From Octopus vulgaris (taxonomy: Eukaryota), in the NCBI GenBank assembly GCA_951406725.2, contig OX597822.1, positions 101,122,001 to 101,186,000 on the forward strand: a stretch of 64,000 nt of DNA, in the 5' to 3' direction. The notes below the pieces were generated by a model that saw nothing but the letters and a program-made list of their open reading frames with translations, was not told where the DNA came from and did no database searches. Position numbers and translations under genes: made by a program. Below, piece after piece: positions 27,012 through 40,237 of this stretch. How positions within the stretch are numbered: the stretch's first letter is position 1; each line of letters opens with the position of its first letter.

Positions 27012-27555
27012 AAGTTACAGAGTGACAATGGACAAATTCGTGTTTGATAAGTACCAATACACGAAACTCTCAGCTTTTGACTTATCTCTCTAACTTCTGC
27101 CGATGATATATATATATCTCTTATTATAAAAGGCAGATTTTATCTGCCTCCCTTTGGGAGTTATACAAATCTACAATATAGGATTTCTTCAATTACAATT
27201 TACCTAGCAGTTTTAAGAGTACAATGCATCGCGTCATGCCAGGTCCAGTTTTTAAAATTTAAACTCCAATTAAGCAAAATTTACAGAAAACTCACATTCT
27301 GGTGTGTGTGTCAAATGCTTTTCTTAGTCTGGTTTACACCACACGCAAACGCACACACACAGTGGGCAACGAATAAAATGAAAGTAAATAGCGACAGAGT
27401 GATTTGAGGAAGACTAAAGTGAAAGTATTCTGTCTATGACGCTGATAGATACATGAGTAAAATGTATGGGAAGCTAAGAGCTAAGAGTGAGTGAAAATGT
27501 TCTTGGAAGAGAGTAATTAGTAATAAAGTAAACATACACTCATACATACATACAT

Positions 27556-27586
<31 letters not shown>

Positions 27587-27892
27587 TACACACACACATA
27601 CATACACACACACATACATACATACACACATACATACATACATACATATACATACATACATATACATACATACATACATACACACACACACATACACACA
27701 CACAGTATTGGAGCTTGAGAACAATCAGATACATTTGCAACACATCTGTTGAAAATATTATTGTTCACACACATACATATACATATATACATACAGACAG
27801 ACAGACAGACAGATAGACACACACACACACACATGATCCAGCATGGCCACAACCTCAAGGCTGAAACATATAAAAGAATAACAGAATATAAA

Positions 27893-28250
27893 TGTGTGCA
27901 AAGTACAAGAAATATTAATGCAGTATATGGGGATTGGACAATAAGCGTAAGGCAGTGTCAATGGTGGTTCCAGAAATCCCGAGCCATAAACTACAGCCTA
28001 GAAGACGAGCCTCATCCTGAAAGATCTGTAGAACTCGACAAGGACATCCTGAAAACCCTGGTGGAACAAAATATCATCGTAACTGTTGAGGAACTAGCAG
28101 AGAAGCTTGGATTTGGTCATTCAACCATTCATTGACACCTGTGTGCTATCGGAAAAGTCAGCAAATTGGGTCAATGGGTTCCTCACGAACTTTCCGAGTC
28201 TAATTGCATGCAGAGAGTGAATGTATGCTTTTCTTTGCTGTCATATCTCA
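27893..28250 (+). mobile_element. mariner transposase N-terminal fragment (pseudogene)
   Basis: RNINAVYG..SVRQCQWWFQK..SLEDEP..TVEELAEKLG..HSTIH*HL.AIGKVSKLGQWVPHEL (WVPHEL motif). Confidence 0.88.
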
Positions 28251-28270
28251 CCACTACTGCGCTATGTATA

Positions 28271-28907
28271 TCTATATATATAAAACTGTAGTTGTGTGAG
28301 TGTCTGTCCCCTTCGATTTAGATTCCTAACTACTCCCACATTTTGCGGTACAGTTTAACCAAATTCGGGTAGCTTATAGTCGTGATTCATATCGAGCCCG
28401 TCTGAATATTAGCGCGCGTCTACGATGAGTCTACGATTTTAAAAATAATTTAACATCATTTTTTATTCCATTTTAATGCATAATTTTTCGTGTGTCGATG
28501 GCGGCGGAGTTGGCGTCCACGCTCACACCTGCACTTGTGGGGAAGGGAGTGTAAGGAAATCAACGTCGTAATGCGTTGTCAAGGAGACCAGTGTTCTTTT
28601 AGAACAACGACTTCATGGCTTGAAGACACCAAAACAGAAATGGCTAAGAAAGCGTCTACATGAGTCTACGATTTAAAAAAAAATTTACCATCGTTTTTTT
28701 TCCATTTTAATGCATTTTTTCGCTATTATATAAGGGAAGTAACTCTCTAAAAATGTCTACGATGAGTCAACGATTTTTCAAAAAATTTACCATCATCTTT
28801 TTTCCATTTTTAATGCATTTTTTGCTATTTTTTGGCTATAACTCTCTAAAAATGCTTATATAGTTATTTCCCTTACAAACCCGAGCAACGCCGGGCGATA
28901 CTGCTAG
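28271..28907 (+). mobile_element. non-autonomous Helitron
   Basis: 5' A|TCTATATATATAAAA; 3' hairpin cccgagcaacgccggg followed by CTAG|T; no TSD; three internal gtctacgatgagtctacgattt repeats. Confidence 0.85.
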
Positions 28908-29113
28908 TATATATATATATACATGTATGTGTAAAAGAAAATCTCATCAACCAATCAAACCAATGAAAGAGCCTCTACCTGGTCGCTCGACACGCAAAAA
29001 ATAACTGCCAATGTATCCCCCTACCTAGTATTTTATAAGGTAAAATCCTAAATTATTAATTGACACATTATTAATTATCTTATAACAGCAATGCCTGGAA
29101 AAATCATGGATTA

Positions 29114-29654
29114 CATGGAAAAATGCGAGCATGAAAAGTAATATTCTTAAGATTATAAACCTGAAAAAGTACAAGACAAGTTATTACACCTGTAAAAGTG
29201 TAGGACAATCTGTTACTTCAAGTAAAGTAAAGAATAAGAAACATTTTACTAAAAGATATTGCAGCTAAAATTAACATTTGAATATTTAAAATATTTTATT
29301 ATAGTTTACAAGTGACACTACACTTATTTAAGTAGAATTTGACTAATTTACTATCTTAAATAGTGAAAAAGTGACTAATTAGACAAACTTACAAATTAGC
29401 TGAACAGTTTTTTTTTACAATAAATTTAAAAGATGGGAACTGTCAAGAGTGATAAATTAGAACTGACATTCTTTGCTGCAATATTTTAAATAAAAAGCTT
29501 CTTATTCTTTACTTTACTTGAAATAATAGTTTGTCCTATACTTTTACAGGTGTAATAACTCGTCCTATACTTTTACAGGTGTAATAACTTGTCCTGTACT
29601 TTTCCAAGTTTATGATATTAAGAATATTACTTTTCATGCTCGCATTTTTCTATG
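29114..29654. mobile_element. MITE with ~150-bp TIRs and TA TSD (Tc1/mariner type)
   Basis: TA|catggaaaaatgcgagcatgaaaagtaatattctta ... taagaatattacttttcatgctcgcatttttctatg|TA; subterminal ~28-bp repeats gtcctatacttttacaggtgtaataact. Confidence 0.85.
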
Positions 29655-30029
29655 TAATATAGATGTCCCAAGTTAAAATTAATTAAAACTAATTTTAAAA
29701 ACGTAGGTGGGAAATGCAGTTGGAATTGAGTTTGATGTAGGTAGTACCATAAACAAATGCCGATACGTTCCGCTCTTATTAAAAGTCGCCAGTGAATTAT
29801 ATACTTTATCAGAATGCTTACTACGAGCATCCAGCCAAGCACTCTTCACCGGTGATGAGTATAGTGTTGTCAAGGGCACTAATTACAACAGCAAAACCAG
29901 AGGGTAATAGCAGCGTTAACAAAATAATGAATAATTTATATCCTCCTCTTCCTTCCCCCCCTTCCATCATCATCGTCAGCATCATAATCATAGTGTCAGC
30001 CACAACAACATTTGGAAGGGCCTTTCCAT

Positions 30030-31130
30030 TATCGAATTGCAAGGGCCCAATACCAGATTTAGTTCAAGGATACTACTTAAAGGAATTTAGTAGCTTACAT
30101 GGGAGACTGATGGAACAATTTCTGGATTGCCTGAATAAAGGAGTCATACTTAATTGGATGACTAGAGGGAGTACAAAACTCCTTATGAAAGACAAAAGAC
30201 AATCTAGCTAGGCAAAGGCAATGTAGCAAGGAATTATAGACCGATCAATTACCATTAGTGTAGAAGCTGTTAGCAGGAATGCTTTCAGAAAGCATTTATG
30301 AGTGCATTGGCAGCCAGAATTTATTTGCTGAAGAACAGAAAGGTTGGAGAAGATCTAAAGGAAGGCATGATCTATTAGACAAAGCAGTTCTAAATGAGGT
30401 GAAATTTAGGAAGATAGATACAATGACGTCATGGTTAGATTATAAGAAATCATATGACATGATTCCAAACTCATGGATAAGTGAATGTTTAAGAATATTC
30501 AGTATTGCAGACAACACAAGTGATTTCGTTAGCTATAGCATGAAGAAGAGGAAAGTAGATTTTTACTGGAGCGATATAGCCTTAGGGAAAGTTAATATCA
30601 AGAGAAGAATTTTCCTAGGAGACTGGTTATCCGTTTTAATATTCGTGCTATGCTTAATACTGCCCAGTGTAGTAGTATGAACAACAAAGGTAGGCTATCA
30701 GTTTAGAAAGAGCAAAGGAAAAAATTAACCATTTGCTCTTCATGGATGATTTGAAGCTTCTTAGGAATAAAAATAAGTAGATTCTTGAATACAAACTATA
30801 AGACTCTTCAGTAAGAGGAATGGAATTTGACTTAGATAAGCGCCAAATAAAAAGAGACAGGTAGCTGGCAATGAAAGCATTCAGTTACCAGATTGCCACA
30901 CATAAAAATCAAAAGAAGGAGAAGGCTATAAGTATCTAGGAATATCAAAATCTGACTGAGAAATAACCATAGAGATGAAAAAGAAAATTGAGGAGTACAT
31001 TAGAAGGATGAGAAACTTAATGAAGTCAAAGTTAAATGGCCTGAATCTAGTGAAGGGTGTAAATACTTGGGCAATATCGTTACTTAGATATTCAGCAGCT
31101 TTTGAAAACTGGATGCGAACAAAGAACTAG
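30030..31130 (+). mobile_element. degenerate R4/Dong-type LINE reverse transcriptase fragment
   Basis: PDLVQGYYLK, NYRPI, EEQKGWRR, WLDYKKSYDMIPNSWI, KRRIFLGD.LS.LIF, INHLLFMDDLKL, YKYLGI, GVNTWAI..LRYSA. Confidence 0.82.
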
Positions 31131-31174
31131 AGTCCTTCATTCATACCAAATATTGAAGTTATATAATAATGAAA

Positions 31175-31614
31175 AGAATCCTCTTTACAATAGGTGCATG
31201 GGCTGAAATTTGTGGGAGGAGAGAGTCGCTTATATCGACCTCAGTGCTCACTGAAAATATGAAAGGCAAAGATGCCCTTAGCGGAATTTGAACTCAGCAC
31301 GGAATGACAGGAGAAATGCCGCTAAGGATTTTGTCTGGCGTGCTTACGATTCTGTAAGCTCACCGCTTTAGTAGTATTAATAATAATCCTTTCTAATATA
31401 GGCACACGGCCTGACACTTTGGGGGAAGTTACTAGTCAATTACATCGAACCCAGTGTTTAACTGATACCTATTTCATCGACCCCAAAAGGATGAAAGGCT
31501 GGAGGAATCTGAACTCAAAACGTGCATACAAACGAATTGCCACGAAGTATATCGCCCGGCGTGATAACGATTCAGCTAGCTCGCAGCTTTTTTAATAATA
31601 GTAATAATAATGAC

Positions 31615-31652
<38 letters not shown>

Positions 31653-31662
31653 GGATAATAAA

Positions 31663-31716
<54 letters not shown>

Positions 31717-32139
31717 CCTTTGTATTATAGGTACAGGCCTGAAATTTGCGGGGAGGAGACTAATCGATTACATCGACTCCAGTGTTTCACTGGTACCTAA
31801 TTTATCAGCCCCAAAAGGATGAAAGACGAAGTATACTTTGGCGGAATTTGAACTAAGCTCGTAGCTACGGGCGAAATATCGCTAAGTGTTTCATCGTGGG
31901 TGCTGAGGATTCTGCTAGCTCGCTGCTTTTTTAATAATCCTTTGTTCTATAGGCACAAAGCCTGAAATTTTGGCGGAGGGGATCAGTGGATCACTGATAC
32001 TTAAATTTATCGAACCCGAAAGGATGAAAGGCAAAATCGACCTCGGTGAAATTTGAACTCAGAACTTAGCTGTGGGCGAAATACCGCTAAGCATTTCGCC
32101 CAACGTGCCAACGATTCTGGCTGATCGCTGCTTTTTTAA

Positions 32140-32191
<52 letters not shown>

Positions 32192-32428
32192 GCAATAATA
32201 ATACTAATGGTTTCAGATTTTGCCACAAGGGCAGTCATTTTTTTGTGGGTGAGGGGAAAAGTCGTTTACATCGACCCCAGTGTTTCAATGGTGCTTAATA
32301 TATCGGCTCCGAAAGGATGAAAGGCAAAGTCGACCTCGGTTGAATTTGAACTCAGAACGTTGCGATCGGCGAAATACCGCTAAGCATTTCGTCCAGCATG
32401 CTAACGATTCTGCATGCTCGCTGCCTTT
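31175..32428 (-). mobile_element. cluster of five family C-related SINEs (type-2 tail) separated by (TAA)n/(GAT)n
   Basis: copies at ~31175-31368, 31385-31590, 31715-31930, 31937-32135 and 32207-32428, all minus strand; tail ataatccttt..ataggcac..ggcctgaaattt (more diverged in the last copy). Confidence 0.85.
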
Positions 32429-33092
32429 AATAGTAATAATACTAATGATAATGGTAGTTTGAAGGAAGCATTAATTTGGGCCTTTGTAAAATGTCCGGTG
32501 TCGTATCAGCAAAAAGAAAAAAAAAAGTCGAGAATTTATGTGGGAATTAGATTATAGTTAGGGCTATAGGAATAAACAATGATGGATAGTTATGAACCGG
32601 AAATCTTAAACAATGCATAATTTATTTTAGGTCTTGTCCAAAAGTTATAATATGGATGCCTTCGGACACTAATTTGATAGCTGCCTCCCTTCTCTCTTCT
32701 GGTAAAGATAGACTGTATCTATTTACAGCGCGAATAGCAAGAATTTCAATTTCCCTTTCCTATAAATATTTTACATATGCTCTCGATCTTGAGAAAAGCT
32801 AAACTGCAAGCTGACAGTTCTCCATTGAAATCAACTTGTAACGGTTAACAAAATCTTTCAGAAAATATACGAGAAACTTGTATATTTCTACTTCCTTAAA
32901 AGTTACGCGATTCATGAATATTGAAAAAAAAAAATTAGTTACATATATTTTTGTATAGTTTAGTGTATCTCTTTTATCTTCTTTATCAACGTTGTTTCAC
33001 GTGATTTCTTTGGCCAATAAATAACATATCTTATAGGCAGATTCAATAGATTTACACGTTGTTGGTACATTTATGCTCTATGAAATCCGAGT

Positions 33093-33411
33093 GAGGGCGC
33101 GTGGCTTAGTGGTTAGGGCATTCGGCTCATGATCGTAAGGTTGTGAGTTCGATTCCCGGCGACGCGTTGTGTCCTTGAGCAAGACACTTTATTTCACGTT
33201 GCTCCAGTCCACTCAGCTGGCAAAAATGAGTTGTACTTGTATTTCAAAGGGTCAGCCTTGTCACTCTCTGTGTCACGCTGATTATCCCCGAGAACTACGT
33301 TAAGGGTACACGTGTCTGTGGAATGCTCAGCCATTTGCACGTTAATTTCACGAGAAAGCTGTTCCGTTGATCGTATCAGCTGGGACCCTCGTCGTCGTAA
33401 CCGGCGGAGTC
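33093..33411 (+). mobile_element. SINE family A2 (distinct head with CORE/V-like block, family A 3' half)
   Basis: head gagggcgcgtggcttagtggttaggg..gttcgattccc; block gttgtgtccttgagcaagacac; tail from tgtacttgtatttcaaaggg to cctcgtcgtcgtaaccg shared with family A. Confidence 0.88.
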
Positions 33412-33523
33412 TTTAGTCTTTAGAATGAACTCCGAACTGACGTATCTAGAGACTTACAAATACATTTACGCTAACAAATTTACACAAAACTTTATTAACG
33501 CGAGAGCTTGAACCGCATGAGCG

Positions 33524-33933
33524 TCTCTCTCTTTACTTGTTTCAGTCATTTGACTGCGGCCGTGCTGGAGCACCGCCTTTAATCGAGCAACTCGACCCCG
33601 GGACTTATTCTTTTTGTAAGCCCAGTACTTGTTCTATCGGTCTCTTTTGCCGAACCGCTAAGTGACGGGGACGTAAATACACCAACATCGGTTGTCAAGC
33701 AATGCTAGGGGGAACAAACACAGACACACAAACACACACACATACATACATATATATATATACATATATACGACGGGCTTCTTTCAGTTTCCGTCTACCA
33801 AATCCACTCACAAGGCATTGGTCGGCCCGGGGCTATAGCAGAGGACACTTGCTCAAGGTGCCACGCAGTGGGACTGAACCCGGAACCATGTGGTTGGTTA
33901 GCAAGCTACTTACCACACAGTCACTCCTGCGTC
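33524..33933 (-). mobile_element. SINE family B, full length
   Basis: B consensus. Confidence 0.9.
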
Positions 33934-34271
33934 TGTTAGGAATATCTCGATAGTGCATTTCTTTTCACTTCGATCTACTTCAGATTGTGCATATTGTACA
34001 AGTAAACTCAAACTAAATTTATGACTACGACGTTGGTTTAAGCCTTAAAAAATACTGAAAGCATCCTGATGAGGTTATGTTGTGTCAAATGAATCTATTC
34101 TACATTTTTCATTGTAGCAAATGAAAAGCAAGAATTATTTCACGTAATCAACTGTTGTTGGTCTTCTCATCGTCCTCTTCCATTCTGATATTCCTCTTCG
34201 TTTTTATTCTGCTTCAAATAAATAAATACATACATACATACATACATACATATACATACATACATATAAAT

Positions 34272-34332
<61 letters not shown>

Positions 34333-34399
34333 CATATATATATATGTATATATACATATACATATATATATATATGTATATGTATGTACGTATGATAGA

Positions 34400-34560
34400 T
34401 CGTTAGCCACTACACACATTTTTTCTCTCTTTGTTTCTCTCCTTGTTATTTCTGTGTTCCTTTCTGTAGAAGAGCGTAGGCTTGAAACGTTAAAGAATTT
34501 TTCTATTCCTGAGCGTTATACTAATACATCTGTTTGTTTTGTACACCACCTGTCTTCCTT
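34400..34560 (+). mobile_element. Penelope-like pLTR remnant with hammerhead-like core
   Basis: cttt-CTGTAGA-A-GAGC-gtag-GCTT-GAAACGTT-aaag at 34460-34495. Confidence 0.5.
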
Positions 34561-35077
34561 TCCCTTGGATTGGAAGAATAGTTAACATGTCGCATTGAAT
34601 ACACAATGTCATTTCTTCCAGCGCTTTACGTTCTGAGTTCAAGTCCCATTGAGGTTAACTCTGCCTGTCATTTCTCCTGGTTTACCAGTCAAATATTGGA
34701 GCTTATGGTATCGACTAACTCCTTCTCCCAAGTTCCAGGCATGGTACCTATTCTAGAAACTTCATTTCCTATTGTAACCTTCCTTCCCTTCACTATTGTT
34801 ACCTTACATTCTTATTACTTTTACTCTTACCTTTGTTCACAGACCCAAACAACACAGGTATGTAAATGACTTTGTAAAACTTGGCGACGTAAACTTATAT
34901 CTAATTGTTAATATTATATTTCTGCCAGTTATCTTTGACATATTCACACGGAGCAACTGCACACATCTAACTGCTTTATGTCTTTCACCAATCGATTTAA
35001 TATCATCTGTTGGTTCGTAATTGAGCCAAAGTAAGACTTTTAAATCTTTAAAATCAATATTCTTCGGAAAGATCTAT

Positions 35078-35442
35078 CATCATCATCATTGTTCGACCGT
35101 GGTCGAGACAATGGAATTTACTATGTTACGCCAGACTTCACGGTCCATCATAGCATTACGGAGGTCCTGTTGCTGGATGCCTGTATCCCTGGAGATTACA
35201 TCAGGGTAGGAGAGTGTGCGCCCTCTGGTATTGCGAGTAGATGGCTTCCAGAGGAGAAGAGTAGAAATTACTTCTTTTTCAGCTCTACAACAATGTCCAG
35301 CAAACTGGACTCTCCTACCTTTCACAAGAGATGACACAGGTGGTAATTTCCCATATATTTGCATTTTTGTTGGATGGCGCTTCCACGAGAGATTTTGAGC
35401 TCTCATAAGGAGGCGAGTGTAGGTTCCATCCAACCGCCTCTC
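35078..35442 (-). mobile_element. 5'-truncated RTE-type LINE 3' end with (GAT)n tail
   Basis: LERRLDGTYTRLLMRAQNLSWKRHPT..RRVQFAGHC.R..LLWKP..RGR..DTG..AMMDREVWR; candidate TSD aagatctat at 35069 and 35443. Confidence 0.85.
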
Positions 35443-35523
35443 AAGATCTATAGTAGCAGTTGTAATCTGTAGTAGTACTAGTATTAGAAGAAGAAGACGA
35501 AGAGGAAGGAGAAGGAGAATAAA

Positions 35524-35563
<40 letters not shown>

Positions 35564-35774
35564 CGTCTGGAACTGGTACATACTACAAATAAAGAGTTAA
35601 TATTCATATTGTTAACCATACCTCCCGTATACATAATGCCCGACAGTCAAATTTTGATAAGCTATAATTTGCTATAAAAACAATGGAAAAGATAGACGGT
35701 TAATATTTTTAACCAATCAGAATATAGCAAATTCGCAAATTTATAACAAGTTTAAAAAATTAAGAGCTATACTA

Positions 35775-36192
35775 AGGCGCAGGAGTGGCTGTTTGGTAAG
35801 TAGCTTGCTAACCAACCACATGGTTCCGGGTTCAGTCCCACTGCGTGGCATCTTGGGCAAGTGTCTTCTGCTATAGCCCGGGCCGACCAATGCCTTGTGA
35901 GTGGATTTGGTAGACGGAAACTGAAAGAAGCCTGTCGTATATATGTATATATATATAAGTGTGTGTGAATATGTTTGTGTGTCTGTGTTTGTTCCCCTAG
36001 CATTGCTTGACAACCGATGCTGGTGTGTTTACGTCCCTGTCACCTAGCGGTTCGGCAAAAGAGACCGATAGAATAAGTACTGGGCTTACAAAGAATAAGT
36101 CCCGGGGTTGATTTGCTCGACTAAATGCGGTGCTCCAGCATGGCCGCAGTCAAATGACTGAAACAAGTAAAAAGAGAAAAAGAAAAAAAGAG
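35775..36192 (+). mobile_element. SINE family B, full length
   Basis: B consensus; short TSD tatact. Confidence 0.92.
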
Positions 36193-37017
36193 TATACTCT
36201 TCCATGTGTTCCTTCATAACTAGAGATGAGTGGCGATGGTCACGATGAGTCCAATCGGCTGGAGAGGCGTGCGTTTATCATTGTTAAAGTGTCTGATCAT
36301 TGATATTGTCTTTTTTTTTCTCCAGGAATTGAACTCCTCCTATATCCATTGTCGACAATAGTGTCACGTAAAAACAAAGGATCGCATTGGGAATACGTCA
36401 AATTATATAGGAATTAACAAGGAGACTGGTGGTTCATAGTGTCGAGATAAACTCTCCTCCGCCGAGGAAGAATGAATATAATACGTCAAATGTCATCTAG
36501 AAAAAAAAAGCCAGCATTGATAGAATCTTGTCTGTTTTTACATATTGAAGTTTATGTTATAATTGTAGACAGCAGTGTCAAGAGACTGGAAATAAATAGA
36601 TGGAAGTCTTCTCTGTAGTTACACATTTAGAAATGAATTGCAAATTTTCAGATATATTTATTTATACATTTGTCATTTTCTTACAAATTTCATGTCTCTA
36701 TAACGGAGCGACTCCTGGTTGAAATCATAAAATGTCATAAAATAAACCAAAGGCGCATAAGTGTAACAGGCTACAAATTAAACATTCGGACCTCGTTCGC
36801 GGCTGTTTTTTAAATAAAAAGTACTGCTTTCTTACATTTATGCAGGCAACACCACTAGTCTATACACTGGTATTTCAGGTGTTCTTCATCAGTAATAATG
36901 CCCTCCTATTCCTAATTTTATATCTGTTTATACAATATTTAGATAGGCTCATAATATATTATTTCCTTTTGTTGTCTATATATCCGCAATGGTAACGGTG
37001 TGGCTGCTACACATACC

Positions 37018-37244
37018 TATTTCTTTACTACCCACAAGGGCTAAACACAGAGAGGACAAACAAAGACAGACAAATGGAGTAAGTCGATTACATCGACCCC
37101 AGTGCGCAACTGGTACTTAATTTATCGACCCCGAAAGGATGAAAGGCAAAGTCGACCTCGGCGGAATTTGAACTCGGAACGTAACGGCAGACGAAATACG
37201 GCTACGCATTTCGCCCGGCGTGCTAACGTTTCTGCCAGCTCGCC
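37018..37244 (-). mobile_element. SINE family C
   Basis: C consensus followed by (CA)n. Confidence 0.9.
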
Positions 37245-37246
37245 AC

Positions 37247-37330
<84 letters not shown>

Positions 37331-37857
37331 ACGCACACACACATGCACACACACACACACGTTCACACACATAAAAATACGCACACAGACATAGAGCTCA
37401 CCGAAAAAAGCCCCACTCAACTGATTAGCTAATGTGGTGCACCAAATATTTCCAACTTTTAGCTTACAGAAACGCTTTCTTCTCTATCTGCCTTTTCTAC
37501 TGTTACTACTGTGTCTTTTACCTGCTAGGATCTAGGTAGATTCGTTCCGCTGCCACTAAGGCACTTCCGACTCATCTCTTTACCCATATTGTGTTTACCT
37601 AAAAGCTCCCCACTGCATTAACCGTTGCAACTAGTGCTTCCTTTCCAGAACGTCGACCCCCCCACCTTTAAATTCCATCGTTGCACATAGTTTTCCTGTT
37701 AGCTTCGATTAGTATAATTTTATGAAGGTATAGGATTGCTTCGCAATGGATTTCACAAGGTGAGAGAAGCTGTGGCCAACCAAAGCAAATGTGACAGAGC
37801 ACAATAACAAAAGATCTTACAAGCAGAAGGTTAAGAATGGAACAAGGTTTTCCCCTC

Positions 37858-37901
<44 letters not shown>

Positions 37902-37997
37902 GCACACATACATATAATACATATTTCAGTCATTAGATTGTGGCCATGCTGGAGCACCACCTTGAAGAATGGTTGCCCTTGTGTCAAAATCTGAAAC

Positions 37998-38050
<53 letters not shown>

Positions 38051-38147
38051 TTATTAATATTAAATATTATTTTTATTATTATTATTATCATTATTATTAA
38101 TTATTATTATTATTATTATTATTATCATTATTATTAATTATTATTAA

Positions 38148-38214
<67 letters not shown>
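37998..38214. repeat. (TTA)n microsatellite
   Basis: direct reading. Confidence 0.95.
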
Positions 38215-38215
<1 letters not shown>

Positions 38216-38469
38216 TAACGCTTTCAGTGTTAGAAGGTGGAATGATCTTGCTGTCGCCTCAAGTGCCACAAGGCACAATAAGACCCGAATAGTGAATGAA
38301 TGAATGCGTGAGACATAGTGGCACAACTATTTTGGTGCAGCCTCTCTGGCGGCGTTGATTCGACGCTGCCTTATTTGATATCAAACACCTTAATGTTTCG
38401 TTCGTCCTCCCCCTCTCTCTGTTTATGTGTGTGAGCATCTAGTTATACTTTTATGTATGTGTAATGTCT

Positions 38470-38884
38470 CTATCTCTTTATCTCTTTTATTTGTTTCAGT
38501 AATTTGACTGTGGCCATGCTGGAGCACCACCTTTAGTCGAGCAAATCGACCCCAGGACTTATTCTTTGTAAGCTTAGTACTTATTCTATCGGTCTCTTTT
38601 TCCGAACTGCTAAGTAACGGGGACGTAAGCACACCAGCATCGGTTGTCAAGCGATGTTGGGGGAACAAACACAGTCACACAAAAATACACACACACCGAT
38701 ATATATATCTACATATTTACGATGGGCTTCTTTCAGTTTCTGTCTACCAAATCCACTCACAAGGCTTTGGTCGGCCCGAGGCTATAGTAGAAGACACTTG
38801 CTCAAGGTGCTACGCAGTGGGACTGAACCCGGAACCATGTGGTTGGTAAGCAAGCTACTTAACACACAGCCACCCCTACGCCTA
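38470..38884 (-). mobile_element. SINE family B
   Basis: B consensus. Confidence 0.88.
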
Positions 38885-39620
38885 TATCTCCTTTTCTATC
38901 TCTCACTCTCTCTGTATCAGCATATACATTTATTTGCGCGTATATGTGTGCTAGCACCCAGTGCAAAAACGTACTGTTTCTAAGACTATTTGAATGCGCC
39001 CAAACATCCTCGCCTAATCGTCTCATTGCGTTTCACGATGAACCTTAACCGTGTCAGTCACACAAATGTCACGGACATAGCTCCTTCCTGAAGCCTAATC
39101 ATACGAAAAGGAAAACCTTTTTACTCGATACGTGCATAAATTCACATTTCAGGTGTATTCAAAATCTACGAAGATAACAGAGAAAATGCTTCATCTTTGA
39201 ATAGTTGAGGGTTGTATAATTTAAATAAGCTCAGTAGTTACCATAAAATTTAAATAATTTTAACACACACCTGAGAGAGAAAACTAACTTGGGACATTTG
39301 GTTATAGAAGTTTTAGATAGAGAAACGAGTAAATATTTGGACAATTGATCGATCAAAAGTGAAGCCAGGGAAAAACAAATAACTGGTTTAAATTGCTTAA
39401 TTAATTACATTAATGTTGTAAAACATCTATATTGTAATAATCAAAGTTTAGCGTATATTTGGTATAGTGTTTGTCATGGACATATTCTGTATCAAGTACA
39501 GAATACCTAGAAATTAAGCAAATTTACCAATTGTCTCTTCGCCTAGACTTGATGTGTGCGTAAGTGTAGGTGTGTGCGAGTGTACAGATTGATAGAGAGG
39601 TTGATGGAGACACGATAGAC

Positions 39621-39622
<2 letters not shown>

Positions 39623-39672
<50 letters not shown>

Positions 39673-39743
39673 CTATCTACCTACCTACCTACCTACCTAC
39701 ATACATATGAATGAATAAATGACTCAGTCAGTCAGTCAGTCTG

Positions 39744-39827
<84 letters not shown>

Positions 39828-39895
39828 CTTACCTACCTACCTACCTACCTACATACATATGAATGAATAAATGACTCAGTCAGTCAGTCAGTCTG

Positions 39896-39939
<44 letters not shown>

Positions 39940-40019
39940 CTTACCTACCTACCTACCTACCTACCTACCTACCTACATACATATGAATGAATAAATGACT
40001 CAGTCAGTCAGTCAGTCTG

Positions 40020-40071
<52 letters not shown>

Positions 40072-40151
40072 CTTACCTACCTACCTACCTACCTACCTAC
40101 CTACCTACATACATATAAATGAATAAATGACTCAGTCAGTCAGTCAGTCTG

Positions 40152-40237
<86 letters not shown>
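39623..40237. repeat. higher-order tandem repeat of compound microsatellites (4 units of ~120-150 bp)
   Basis: (CTAT)n(CTAC)n-acatacatatgaatgaataaatgactca-(GTCA)n repeated four times. Confidence 0.92.

Noticed and set aside
27117-27430. Helitron-like 5' end (tctcttattataaaa)
   Set aside because: No matching 3' hairpin-CTRR terminus found.
34066-34100. ctgatgag hammerhead-like box
   Set aside because: No helix II or GAAA downstream.
36309-36480. Strong polypyrimidine-AG acceptor (also 62930-62950)
   Set aside because: All frames close within ~30 codons and no convincing donor was found; the second site lies next to a Tc1 remnant on the other strand.
39623-40237. CRISPR-like repeat/spacer periodicity (also 3345-3829)
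   Set aside because: The spacers are microsatellites rather than unique sequence; eukaryotic context with no cas genes.
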